Positions 46,513-55,250 are shown, counted from the stretch's first letter. The stretch is 64,000 nucleotides of DNA from Patescibacteria group bacterium (GCA_038063015.1 JBBTVX010000001.1:69202-133201), one strand, 5' to 3'. A program made the numbers and translations. Notes: generated by a model from the letters alone, not told the origin.

Positions 46513-47526
46513 ATCTTCTCTTCTTTTTTCTAAAAACTCTTTTAAAAATTCGTAGACGATTCCAAAAACTGGCACGGCAAAAATTGTGCCCAAAAATCCA
46601 AAAATCTGAGACCCTATAAGCAGGGCTAGTAAAACCAAGACCGGCGGAAGATTAATCATTTTCTTCATTAATATAGGTGTTAAAAGGCTGTTTTCTATCA
46701 ATTGAATCATTGAAAAAGCAACTAAAACATAAAATACTAAAAACCAAGAAGTTGAAGAGGAAACAACAAATACAAACAACAAAACACTGGTTATCCATGG
46801 CCCTATATACGGTACAAAATTTAAAATTCCAGCCAATAAGGCCAGTATAAAGGCGTATTTTATTCCAAATATATAAAATACAATAAAAGAAGCAACCCCC
46901 ACAAAAAGACAAGCTAAAATTCTTGCTCCAAACCAACCGGCAACTTTGCTTTGAGCTCTTTTGAAAAGAGCTATTATATATGCTTCATATTTTTTAGGAC
47001 TTAATAGCACTAAAACTTTTTCCACACCGCCTTCTTCTAGAGAAAGAAAAAAAGAAATTGTTAAAATAAAAATAGTTGAAGAAAGTCCGCCAAAAAAGGC
47101 CAAAAGGGCGCTTACAACGCCCTTGGAACTTTTTTCCAAATTACCAGTTAAAATACCTGTAACCTCTTGAAATCCCTCGGAAACATCGAATCCAAATTGT
47201 TTTAAAATGGGACTAATGCGCTCAAAATAATCTGGCAGAGACTGCGAGAACTGTTTTATTTCATAAATAAAAATAGGGGCCGTTAGATAAATTAAAATGC
47301 CTAAAAAACTAAAAATTGACAAATAAATCAAAATTATCGCGATAATTTTGGGGATATAAATCTTCCTTAAAAAATTAACAGCAGGCTGGAGTAAAATAGA
47401 AATCACAAGCGCAAAAAAGAACCAGATTGCAATATCTCTGGCAAGGTAAATAACATAAAAGATAAAACTAGCTATAAAAAATTTTATAATTGTTTCCCAA
47501 GAAACATCTAATGTTTTTTCTGACAT
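46501..47526 (-). CDS. AI-2E (PerM/YhhT) family transporter
   Basis: 341-aa polytopic protein with the ...FVPYIGPW... motif. Confidence 0.75.
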   Translation of the reverse strand: MSEKTLDVSWETIIKFFIASFIFYVIYLARDIAIWFFFALVISILLQPAVNFLRKIYIPKIIAIILIYLSIFSFLGILIYLTAPIFIYEIKQFSQSLPDYFERISPILKQFGFDVSEGFQEVTGILTGNLEKSSKGVVSALLAFFGGLSSTIFILTISFFLSLEEGGVEKVLVLLSPKKYEAYIIALFKRAQSKVAGWFGARILACLFVGVASFIVFYIFGIKYAFILALLAGILNFVPYIGPWITSVLLFVFVVSSSTSWFLVFYVLVAFSMIQLIENSLLTPILMKKMINLPPVLVLLALLIGSQIFGFLGTIFAVPVFGIVYEFLKEFLEKRREDLIL

Positions 47527-47540
47527 GTTTGTTGCGTCTA

Positions 47541-48815
47541 TTAAATCTTCAATAAACGTTGAAGGTTTTCTTTTTCATTAGAAGGCCCTATCACAGCCAA
47601 ATTAAGATTTTTTGGCAAAAATATATCCTTCGCTACCTTATTTATATCATTTACAGAAACTTTATCAATCTTTTCAAATTTTTCTTCCAAAGTTAAAACT
47701 TTTTTTTCCAGTAACTCTTGAGAAGCATAAAAAGACGCCTGGCTGTCTGATGACTCTAAAGACAGCGTTGATGTCCCTTTTAAATAATCTTTTGCCTTCT
47801 GAAGTTCTTTTACCATGATTTTTTTATTTTTTAAATCCTTATATTCTTTCAAAATCAGCCCGACTGATTTTTCTAAATTTTTATGGTCTATTCCGGCCTG
47901 AGTTACCAAATATCCAGTATCTGAAGCGGCATCAACCGAGGTGTGAATATAATAAGCCAAGCCCTGTCTTTCCCTAACTTTGATAAAAAGCCTTGAACTC
48001 ATATTACCGCCCAAAATTATAGACAACAAGGATAAGGCGGTTTTTTGGGGATGGAATAAATCATAAGCCCTCACACCAAGACAAAAGTGCGTCTGGTCTG
48101 TTTTCTTAAAGTGCAACATCGTCTCTGGTTTTTGCTGCGTTTCCTTTACTTTTATTTTTTCTTTAGCTTCTCTTTTTTCTATGTTTTTGAAAGAGCTCTC
48201 TACTTTATTTTTTATATCTTCTGAATCCATGTTTCCCGCGACGCAGATAACGGTATTTGATGAAGAATAATGATTTTTATAATAATTTAAAACTTTTTGG
48301 CGATTAAAATTTAAAATATTTTCTTTTTCTCCAATAATTCTCCAGCCAGCTGGCTGATCTCCATAGAGTAATTTTTCGAAAAGCTCCGAAACGTAGGCAG
48401 TTGGCGTATCTAAATACATATTCATTTCTTCAATTATCACGTCTTTCTCTCTTTGCATCTCCTTTTCGTCAAATTTGGAGTTTAAAAACATATCTGAAAT
48501 CCAATCCAAGGCAAGAGTCAAGTGTTTATTATCTACTTTGGCCCAAAAACCAGTAACTTCTTTCGAGGTAAAAGCATTATACTCTCCGCCGACCATATCT
48601 AAAGTCTCGGCTATTTTTAAGGTATTGGGTCTCTTTTTCGTGCCCTTAAAAAACATATGCTCCAAAAAGTGCGAAATACCATTTATCTCCTTTGTCTCAT
48701 ATTTTGAACCGGTACCAACCAATATCAAAACCGTTACGCTATTGGTATTTTTTAATGGAACCGTAATCAATCTTAATCCGTTTTTAAATGTAGTTTTTTC
48801 AAAAATATTATTCAT
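47541..48815 (-). CDS. M16-family zinc peptidase (pitrilysin-like)
   Basis: HFLEHMFFKGT (HxxEH) motif. Confidence 0.85.
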   Translation of the reverse strand: MNNIFEKTTFKNGLRLITVPLKNTNSVTVLILVGTGSKYETKEINGISHFLEHMFFKGTKKRPNTLKIAETLDMVGGEYNAFTSKEVTGFWAKVDNKHLTLALDWISDMFLNSKFDEKEMQREKDVIIEEMNMYLDTPTAYVSELFEKLLYGDQPAGWRIIGEKENILNFNRQKVLNYYKNHYSSSNTVICVAGNMDSEDIKNKVESSFKNIEKREAKEKIKVKETQQKPETMLHFKKTDQTHFCLGVRAYDLFHPQKTALSLLSIILGGNMSSRLFIKVRERQGLAYYIHTSVDAASDTGYLVTQAGIDHKNLEKSVGLILKEYKDLKNKKIMVKELQKAKDYLKGTSTLSLESSDSQASFYASQELLEKKVLTLEEKFEKIDKVSVNDINKVAKDIFLPKNLNLAVIGPSNEKENLQRLLKI

Positions 48816-48819
48816 TTTT

Positions 48820-49524
48820 TTATTTAAAATATTTGTCCGTTACCTTTTTGTCAGTTTTAAATACTCGCGCAATTTTCCATTTAATCCAAAATAAAAACAT
48901 TCTTAAATAACCCTCCTTTTCGTACCTCCGTAAAGAGGTAATCACATGACAATTGTCTAAAAATTTATACACCGCTCCAGCTTTAATGGCTCTTTTAATA
49001 AAATCGTTAAGCTCGCCGATTCGCATATCTTTATTAAAGCCGTTTATTCCTAAAAAAACTTCCCTGCTGCAAAAAATAAGAGCGAGAGAACCTTTGTGGA
49101 GTTTTGTTTTGTGAACAAAATTTTTAAAAGCAAAAAATATTTTTGCTCTTAATTTTTTGTCTGCTTTTTCGTCTATTGTCGCGGCAGAGCACACGCCAAC
49201 AATATTATGATTTGCGTTGGCAACAACTTCTTGAATCGTATTATTGGAAATTTCCGTATCGGCATCTAAAAATACAAAAACATCTCCAGTCGCTATTTTG
49301 GCCCCCTCGTTTCTAGCGACGCTTGGTCCAATCGCCTTTGTAAAATTTAAAACTTTTGTGGCGTAGCGCTTTGATATTTCAAAAGTCTTATCTTCTGATC
49401 CATTTACCACTACTATTATTTCCGGCAAATGAGCCGCTGTATTTTTAATGGATTCAAGCGTTTTCTGTATAAATTTTTCCTCGTTATAAGCGGGAATTAT
49501 AACCGAAATCTTTTGATTGTTCAT
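48820..49524 (-). CDS. Family 2 glycosyltransferase
   Basis: The start was chosen at MNNQKISVIIPAYNEE. FLDADT motif. Confidence 0.8.
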   Translation of the reverse strand: MNNQKISVIIPAYNEEKFIQKTLESIKNTAAHLPEIIVVVNGSEDKTFEISKRYATKVLNFTKAIGPSVARNEGAKIATGDVFVFLDADTEISNNTIQEVVANANHNIVGVCSAATIDEKADKKLRAKIFFAFKNFVHKTKLHKGSLALIFCSREVFLGINGFNKDMRIGELNDFIKRAIKAGAVYKFLDNCHVITSLRRYEKEGYLRMFLFWIKWKIARVFKTDKKVTDKYFK

Positions 49525-49525
49525 T

Positions 49526-50520
49526 TTAAAAAGCCTGATATTTTTCTGCAAATAACTCATAAAATAATCTTTTTTTAATCTTATAAGTATTCCCATGTTT
49601 TAGCAAGCCCAAATAAGAATTAAAAGTTTCTGCTTTGCTATTGTATTTTATCCTATTAAACACTCTTCTCTTGGTGGCGGGTCTTAATATCTTGTAATCT
49701 GGAAAATTTATCCAGCCAAGAAAATCAATGCCAGAATAAATTGTCTTAATAAAAACTTTATCTGGATGCAATGTGAGTTTTAATTTATTCTGCAAGAAAT
49801 TTCCGATTATTGGAATCAAATTTTCCAAATGATCTCTGTTTTGAGACAAAATAACAAAATCGTCTGCGTATCTTATGTAATATTTTATTTTTAATTTATG
49901 TTTTATAAATTGGTCAAACTCGTTTAGGTAAATATTGGCGAATAATTGGCTGGTTAAATTTCCGAGCGGCAAGCCGTTTGGTTTAAAACTTTCAATTATT
50001 TCTCGAGAAGATTTAAGATATTTTTATCAGTAATGTGTTTTTGTAAAATCTCAATTAAAGTTTTTTGGTCAACGCTGGCAAAAAACTTTTTAACATCGCA
50101 CTTTAAAATCCAACAGGGTTTAGTGTTGTTTTTTGAAACAATACGGCTGAAGTCTCCAAATCTGTTTATTGCCTTGTGCATTCCCTTATTATTTCTGCAG
50201 GAAAACGAATCTGAAATAAATGTTTTATCAAAAAACGGGTATAATATACGATATACGGCATGGTGTAATAATCTGTCTCGGACGTCGGCTTTATGTATTA
50301 TCCGTGGCTTAGGGTCGTTTATTCTAAAACGTTGATATCCACCATGTTTGTAAACATGATTTTTTAAATCTTCATACAGTGATAAAATATTATCCATTAA
50401 ATAGAACGAAAACTCGCAAACGTCTTTTTTATTCCTCTTTCCCTTAATGAATTCTTCCCAAGCAAAAAGTAAATTATCAATACTAATAATGTCTTCAAAT
50501 TTATAAAAATTATTTATCAT
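49526..50520 (-). pseudogene. DGR-type reverse transcriptase, split into two ORFs (49996..50520 and 49526..49972) by a 1-nt frameshift in an A-run
   Basis: LPLGNLTSQLFANIYLNEFD is the DGR-specific (I/L)GxxxSQ motif, and YADDFVILS is the catalytic motif. Adding one A in GAGAAATAATT (complement of 49994-50007) gives the continuous reading LEKIIESFKPNGLPLGNLTSQ. Confidence 0.85.
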
Positions 50521-50527
50521 TTATATT

Positions 50528-50932
50528 ATGAACCAATTAAATTTTCACAATCAAAATATAAATAATAATACGGCTTCTAATCCCCCCCCCAGCCAATTTA
50601 GCTTAGGTATTATTCAAAAACTAACTCAGGTTTATAAATTGTGGCACGAATATTTTCCCTGTTTTCCAAAAAGTTCAAGATATACTCTCGGCGTAAAAAT
50701 TGACTCTTTGTTTTTGGGAGTAATTGAAGAAATAATAAAAGCAAGTAGTTCGGACAAAACAGAAAAATTAATCTTTCTTAGGGTTGCTTCTGTTAAATTA
50801 GACCTGTTGAAATTTTTTTTGCAAATTGCTTGGGAAATAAAATCTTTAAACCACAAAAAATATATAAATCTTTCTGAAAAACTAAATGAAGTTGGAAAAA
50901 TGCTGGGGGGATGGATTAAATCGTTAAAGTAA
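50528..50932 (+). CDS. avd: Four-helix-bundle protein (Avd, DGR accessory variability determinant; 23S rRNA IVS protein family)
   Basis: YKLWHEYFPCFPKSSRYTLGVKIDSLFLGVIEEI...LDLLKFFLQIAWE is typical of the family. The gene lies next to the RT and TR. A C9 tract at 50582-50590 encodes PPP. Confidence 0.8.
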   Translation: MNQLNFHNQNINNNTASNPPPSQFSLGIIQKLTQVYKLWHEYFPCFPKSSRYTLGVKIDSLFLGVIEEIIKASSSDKTEKLIFLRVASVKLDLLKFFLQIAWEIKSLNHKKYINLSEKLNEVGKMLGGWIKSLK

Positions 50933-50953
50933 AAACCACCTTAAAAAAGGTGG
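50929..50953 (-). terminator. Hairpin plus T-run on the minus strand immediately 3' of the TR
   Basis: CCACCTT-TTTT-AAGGTGG followed by TTTTT on the minus strand. On the plus strand it is followed by A's, so it is a poor avd terminator. Confidence 0.45.
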
Positions 50954-50967
50954 AAAAATAAAGAGAG

Positions 50968-51095
50968 TTGCGGGAGGCGACGAGCCGACAGTTAGGATTG
51001 AAGTCGTTATCAAGCCAGTTGTAGCTCAGATACCAGCGGTTGCCGTTCCAATAAAGGTAAAACACATAGCGGTTGCCATTCGGACTCTGCCAAAC
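50968..51095 (-). repeat. DGR template repeat (TR)
   Basis: 128 nt aligning without gaps to 51507-51634. The minus strand reads ...AATGGCAACCGC...TGGAACGGCAACCGCTGG...TACAACTGG..., which is rich in AAC/AAT codons. Confidence 0.85.
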
Positions 51096-51389
51096 AAAAA
51101 TGTATAAAGCGTCATCTATATCACTGCCCCTTGAATACTCTCGGAGCTGTATCTAATTCGGTATCTAAAATACCTTAACGCCCTATACCAAGTATCTTCG
51201 TTTTTTACTAATCAGGAGCGACTCTTCCAGGGGCCGTAACCACTGGAATTCTGCGCTTTCCTGAAATATAGAATTCGGCCACCTGAAGTCGTAACCGTTG
51301 CATTACAAATTTATCTGTTTTTATACTTCATCCCATCATCCACTGACCGCAGACTTATTAGCCTAATATCCAATTTTAATTTTATCATA

Positions 51390-51436
51390 AAAATACAAAA
51401 AAAGAAGTCCTGTTTTGCAAAAGCAAAACAGGACTT
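51390..51436 (-). terminator. Intrinsic terminator of the DGR target gene
   Basis: AAGTCCTGTTTTGC-TTTT-GCAAAACAGGACTT followed by CTTTTTTTGTATTTTT on the minus strand. Confidence 0.75.
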
Positions 51437-51499
51437 TACGCCAAGGATTCAAGGAACCAAAATTTGTGGAAAACCAAGGTTCCAAGCACCCAAGTTTTT

Positions 51500-52057
51500 C
51501 TAATACTTGCGGGAGGCGACGAGCCGACAGCGGGAAATGAAGTCGTTATCAAGCCAGCTGTAGCTCAGATACCAGCGGCAGCCGTACCAATAAAGGTCAA
51601 ACACAGCGCGGTAGCCACTCGGACTCTGCCAAACTTCAGGAAATACTAAGTAATATTTCCTCCAGTCAGCGGGAATCCTATCTTGATCCCGAAGCATGGC
51701 TTCGGCATGACGAAGTCCGGTAAGAATGCCTTGTTTTTTGGCTATCTTAACCATTTCTTCGCCACCGAGGCAACTTTCTCCCGGTTCCAGAAACTCCGCC
51801 AGAAACGACTCGAATTCGCCTTCTTCGGCGACAACCGGCTCGAGACATTCCCAGTTAGTCATATCGCGTTCGACGTTAGCAATGAGTTCGAACACGAGAT
51901 CGACCACGACCTTAGCCGCGCTGATCAGTACTAACATCAACTTATCCAATATGCCATCGGCATTTTGGCCAAGCGAGGTGACGTGGCTGGGGGTGAAACC
52001 CTTGGCCTCAAAAGCTTCCATCAACTGATGCGTCTGACCCTCAGAATAAGAAGACAT
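51500..52057 (-). CDS. DGR variable (target) protein with a C-terminal CLec-like variable region; no signal peptide seen
   Basis: The start was chosen at MSSYSEGQ (AAAGGA RBS). The C-terminus WQSPSGYRAVFDLYWYGCRWYLSYSWLDNDFISRCRLVASRKY is encoded by the VR. Confidence 0.8.
   Translation of the reverse strand: MSSYSEGQTHQLMEAFEAKGFTPSHVTSLGQNADGILDKLMLVLISAAKVVVDLVFELIANVERDMTNWECLEPVVAEEGEFESFLAEFLEPGESCLGGEEMVKIAKKQGILTGLRHAEAMLRDQDRIPADWRKYYLVFPEVWQSPSGYRAVFDLYWYGCRWYLSYSWLDNDFISRCRLVASRKY
51507..51634 (-). repeat. DGR variable repeat (VR)
   Basis: There are 14 mismatches to the TR. Ten of them fall at TR adenines on the coding strand. The 24-nt GC-rich 3' end is identical in both (IMH-like). 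Confidence 0.85.
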
Positions 52058-52207
52058 GTCTTCTGTCCTTTCTGGCACGTGTGCCAACAAATCAAGCTTG
52101 ACTAACCGACATGGCAGTCATAGCCAGAAAACAACAAATTTCTTTATTGATTTTTGGCTATGACCGCCAGTTTTTCAAATATTTTTATTAAAAAGAACTA
52201 TATTTTT

Positions 52208-52236
52208 TATATTAACATATCTATATATCTTGTCAA
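52208..52236 (-). promoter_or_regulatory. Candidate promoter of the DGR target gene (TTGACA-16 nt-TAATAT on the minus strand)
   Basis: The hexamers were read directly. It leaves a ~150-nt leader containing the 52113-52168 hairpin. Confidence 0.4.
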
Positions 52237-52324
52237 ATCATCATATTAACTCTCTCCTGTTTCATCGTGTCGCGGTCTTTTTTTATTATAGCACAATAAT
52301 ATATTTTATAGTATTAATAACATA

Positions 52325-53935
52325 ATGAGTAAAAAATTTAATCTATTTTTATTAAATTCAACCACCGACCTTCATCCAAGGACGTGGATTTGCGCGGGTG
52401 GAAAAAATATTGGCAGGTTATTTAAAAAGTTAAAAAAAGAAGTTGTTAAAAGTAAAAAATTTTGCAAACAATGGTCATATAATAATTTAAACAATAATCT
52501 CAGATGTTCGCCATCCACAATCAAAGAAACCCTACGATTAGAACGCAAATTTTATCCAATTCCTATAATATTAGAACTACTAAAATTCACTAAAAATAAA
52601 AATAAGTTTTTAAATATATTTAAAAATAACATTGAATATTTAAAGGTAAATTCTGCCTCTGCTAAACCTATAAAAGCTGTAAACAGATTAAATAACAATT
52701 TAGCTAAAATTTTAGGAGCATTTATGGCCGATGGCAGCCTTAGTGTGCAAGTTATATTTTCAGACAAAGATCCTATAAGGTTAAAAATATTAGAGCGGAA
52801 ATTGAAAAAAATAAAAATTCATTATTCTGCAGGTAATTGCCCGTCCAGAAATCAGCGCTACCTCAGCATACAAGTTAACTCTAAAAATTTAAGATTTCTG
52901 AACGAATTTCTCAAAAATTCGGGCCTCTTAATTCAAACACATTATAGTATAGGGCTTACTGATGCGTATAAAGATAATGTTGAAATGTTTACTAAGTGGA
53001 TAAAAGATGAATTTAATATTAATCCAAACCGATTTGAAAAAAAGAAAAATGCATGGCGCGTCTGCTTTTCGAATAAAATTTTGGCTAGATATTTGATCAT
53101 ATTTTTTGAAGCTATTCCGGGACCAAAATGTTTTACCGCTTTTGAACCTAAAATTATAAAAACATCTCATCTGGGGATAAGGAAATCTTTTGCCAGAGGA
53201 GCATTAATGTTTGATGGGTGCGTTTCAAAAAATAATAAAATTTTATTCAGTACGGTTAGTAAAAATTTTCATAGTTCCATAAAACAAATATGGCTAAAAG
53301 ATAAAATTAAATTTGGAGAATCGATACTTACACGAAAATCTGGCTATAATAATAAAATTACAGCATATAATCTTTTTACTACCGCAGAAAACAAAAAGAA
53401 TAAACTTTTCGCTTATTTCGAACCAAACACTCAAAAATGGAAACTTCTTTGCTGGCTAAGCGGCAATCTAGAAAACCCTCCAATTATTAAATCTGAAAAA
53501 TGTTTTTCTATATATGAACTAATAAAATTGATAAGGAGGGCTAAAATTTGTGATACGAATTTCATTAAAAATCATTTTAAATTAACCCATACTACAATTA
53601 GAATTTATTTAAAAATTTTGAAAAATCAGAGAAAAATAAGATTAACAAATAAACCAAAAAATTTAAGCATTTATATTGATCAAAATGCAACAATCTTTCT
53701 GGAGAAAAACTTTCACAATGCAATGTTCAATAAAATAAAAATTGACTTTGGGAATTACAAAAATTGTGCGAAATTCTTGGATATCCACAAAGCAACCTTT
53801 TCCAATTGGCGAATAAAAAAAACCATGATTCCTCTTCGCGTCCTTAAACAATTTTGTAATGTATTAAAAATTAATTTTAATAAAGTTAGTAAAAATGTAG
53901 AAAAAATTGACAGAGAAATCGCGGAAATTATTTAA
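52325..53935 (+). CDS. Free-standing double-motif LAGLIDADG homing-endonuclease-like protein with flanking HTH-like regions
   Basis: LAKILGAFMADGSLSV and SFARGALMFDGCVS form two LAGLIDADG-type motifs about 160 aa apart. The gene is very AT-rich. Confidence 0.65.
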   Translation: MSKKFNLFLLNSTTDLHPRTWICAGGKNIGRLFKKLKKEVVKSKKFCKQWSYNNLNNNLRCSPSTIKETLRLERKFYPIPIILELLKFTKNKNKFLNIFKNNIEYLKVNSASAKPIKAVNRLNNNLAKILGAFMADGSLSVQVIFSDKDPIRLKILERKLKKIKIHYSAGNCPSRNQRYLSIQVNSKNLRFLNEFLKNSGLLIQTHYSIGLTDAYKDNVEMFTKWIKDEFNINPNRFEKKKNAWRVCFSNKILARYLIIFFEAIPGPKCFTAFEPKIIKTSHLGIRKSFARGALMFDGCVSKNNKILFSTVSKNFHSSIKQIWLKDKIKFGESILTRKSGYNNKITAYNLFTTAENKKNKLFAYFEPNTQKWKLLCWLSGNLENPPIIKSEKCFSIYELIKLIRRAKICDTNFIKNHFKLTHTTIRIYLKILKNQRKIRLTNKPKNLSIYIDQNATIFLEKNFHNAMFNKIKIDFGNYKNCAKFLDIHKATFSNWRIKKTMIPLRVLKQFCNVLKINFNKVSKNVEKIDREIAEII

Positions 53936-55250
53936 TCGATTTTCCAAGTGATAAAAATTTTTCTCCTCTTAAAATTTTATCTACGGTTTCTTTAACCTTT
54001 ATAATATTTATCCTTATCTGTTTCATAGTATCTCTGTCTCTTAAAGTAACTGTATTATCACTTAATGTCTGAAAATCTGCCGTAACTGACAGAATAGTGC
54101 CTATTTCGTCTTGAGAATAATATCTCTTTCCGATATTGCCCCTATCGTCAAAAGCAACATTAAAATCTTTTTTCAACATATCATACACTTCTCTCGCTTT
54201 TTTCACAAGCTCCGGTTTATTTTTTAAAAGAGGAAACACAGCAACTTTATAGGGAGCCAGGCTCGGTTTTAATTTTAAAATTACCCTTTCTTTTTCCTCA
54301 ACATAAGCGTCGCACAAAACAGCCAAAACCGACCTATCTACGCCCCAGGTTGGTTCTATAACATGAGGATATAATTTTTCGCCCGTCTCTGCGTCTTCAT
54401 AGGGGGGCTCTGCAAAATGATTTTTCAAGTCAAAATCGGTTCTGTAGGCTAAACCGTAAAGCTCGTCTCTGCCAAAAGGAAAATCATATTCAAAATCAAT
54501 TGTCTTTTTAGAATAATGAGCTCTATTTTCTGGAAGACACTCGCATTCGTGAATATTTTTTCGGTTGATACCAAGCAAATCAATCCAATTCCACATTTCT
54601 TTTTTCCATTCATCAAATGATTTTTCCCAATTTTCTTTTTTTATAAAATATTCAATTTCCATTTGTTCAAATTCTCTTGTGCGAAAAATAAAATTTCCCG
54701 GAGTGATTTCGTTTCTAAAGGCTTTTCCGATTTGAGCTATTCCAAAAGGAATTTTTTTCCTTGAAGTTTCTAAAACATTTTTAAAGTCAACAAACATTGC
54801 CTGCGCGGTTTCCGGCCTGAAATAAACCGTGTTATCGGCATTTTCAACAGGACCTAAAAAAGTTTTGAGCATTAAATTAAATTGTTTTGGCTCTGTCAAT
54901 TCTCCTCCGCAATCGGGGCATTTATTTTTTTCCAAATGGTCCCTTCTAAATCTGCGGTGGCATTTTTTGCATTCTACTAATGGGTCGTTAAAAGTTTCCA
55001 TATGTCCTGAATTCTCCCAAACTTTTGTATTCATTATTAAGGCCGCATCTATGCCGACTATATCGTCTCGATTATGCACAAAATGTTTCCACCAAAAATT
55101 TTTTATATTATTTTTTAATTCAACTCCCAGCGGCCCGTAATCAAACGAATTGGATAGTCCTCCGTAAATTTCCGACCCGGGGAAAACAAAACCTCTTCTC
55201 TTGCATAAAGAAACTATTTTTTCCATTAAATTATTTTCTGTTTTTTTCAT
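53928..55250 (-). CDS. glyQS: Glycyl-tRNA synthetase (alpha2 type)
   Basis: MEKIVSLCKRRGFVFPGSEIYGG... and FRNEITPGNFIFRTREFEQME. The ATG at 55250 is preferred because the track start at 55292 overlaps the upstream gene. Confidence 0.93.
   Translation of the reverse strand: MKKTENNLMEKIVSLCKRRGFVFPGSEIYGGLSNSFDYGPLGVELKNNIKNFWWKHFVHNRDDIVGIDAALIMNTKVWENSGHMETFNDPLVECKKCHRRFRRDHLEKNKCPDCGGELTEPKQFNLMLKTFLGPVENADNTVYFRPETAQAMFVDFKNVLETSRKKIPFGIAQIGKAFRNEITPGNFIFRTREFEQMEIEYFIKKENWEKSFDEWKKEMWNWIDLLGINRKNIHECECLPENRAHYSKKTIDFEYDFPFGRDELYGLAYRTDFDLKNHFAEPPYEDAETGEKLYPHVIEPTWGVDRSVLAVLCDAYVEEKERVILKLKPSLAPYKVAVFPLLKNKPELVKKAREVYDMLKKDFNVAFDDRGNIGKRYYSQDEIGTILSVTADFQTLSDNTVTLRDRDTMKQIRINIIKVKETVDKILRGEKFLSLGKSIK

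Noticed and set aside
51096-51400. A second (degenerate) VR or remnant target gene between the TR and the target terminator
   Set aside because: I could find no TR-like sequence and no ORF longer than about 30 codons. It is treated as DGR RNA 5' region/promoter instead.
51464-52028. Plus-strand ORFs 51464..51649, 51683..51934 and 51726..52028
   Set aside because: They are antisense to the DGR target gene. The VR/TR adenine pattern fixes the coding strand as minus.
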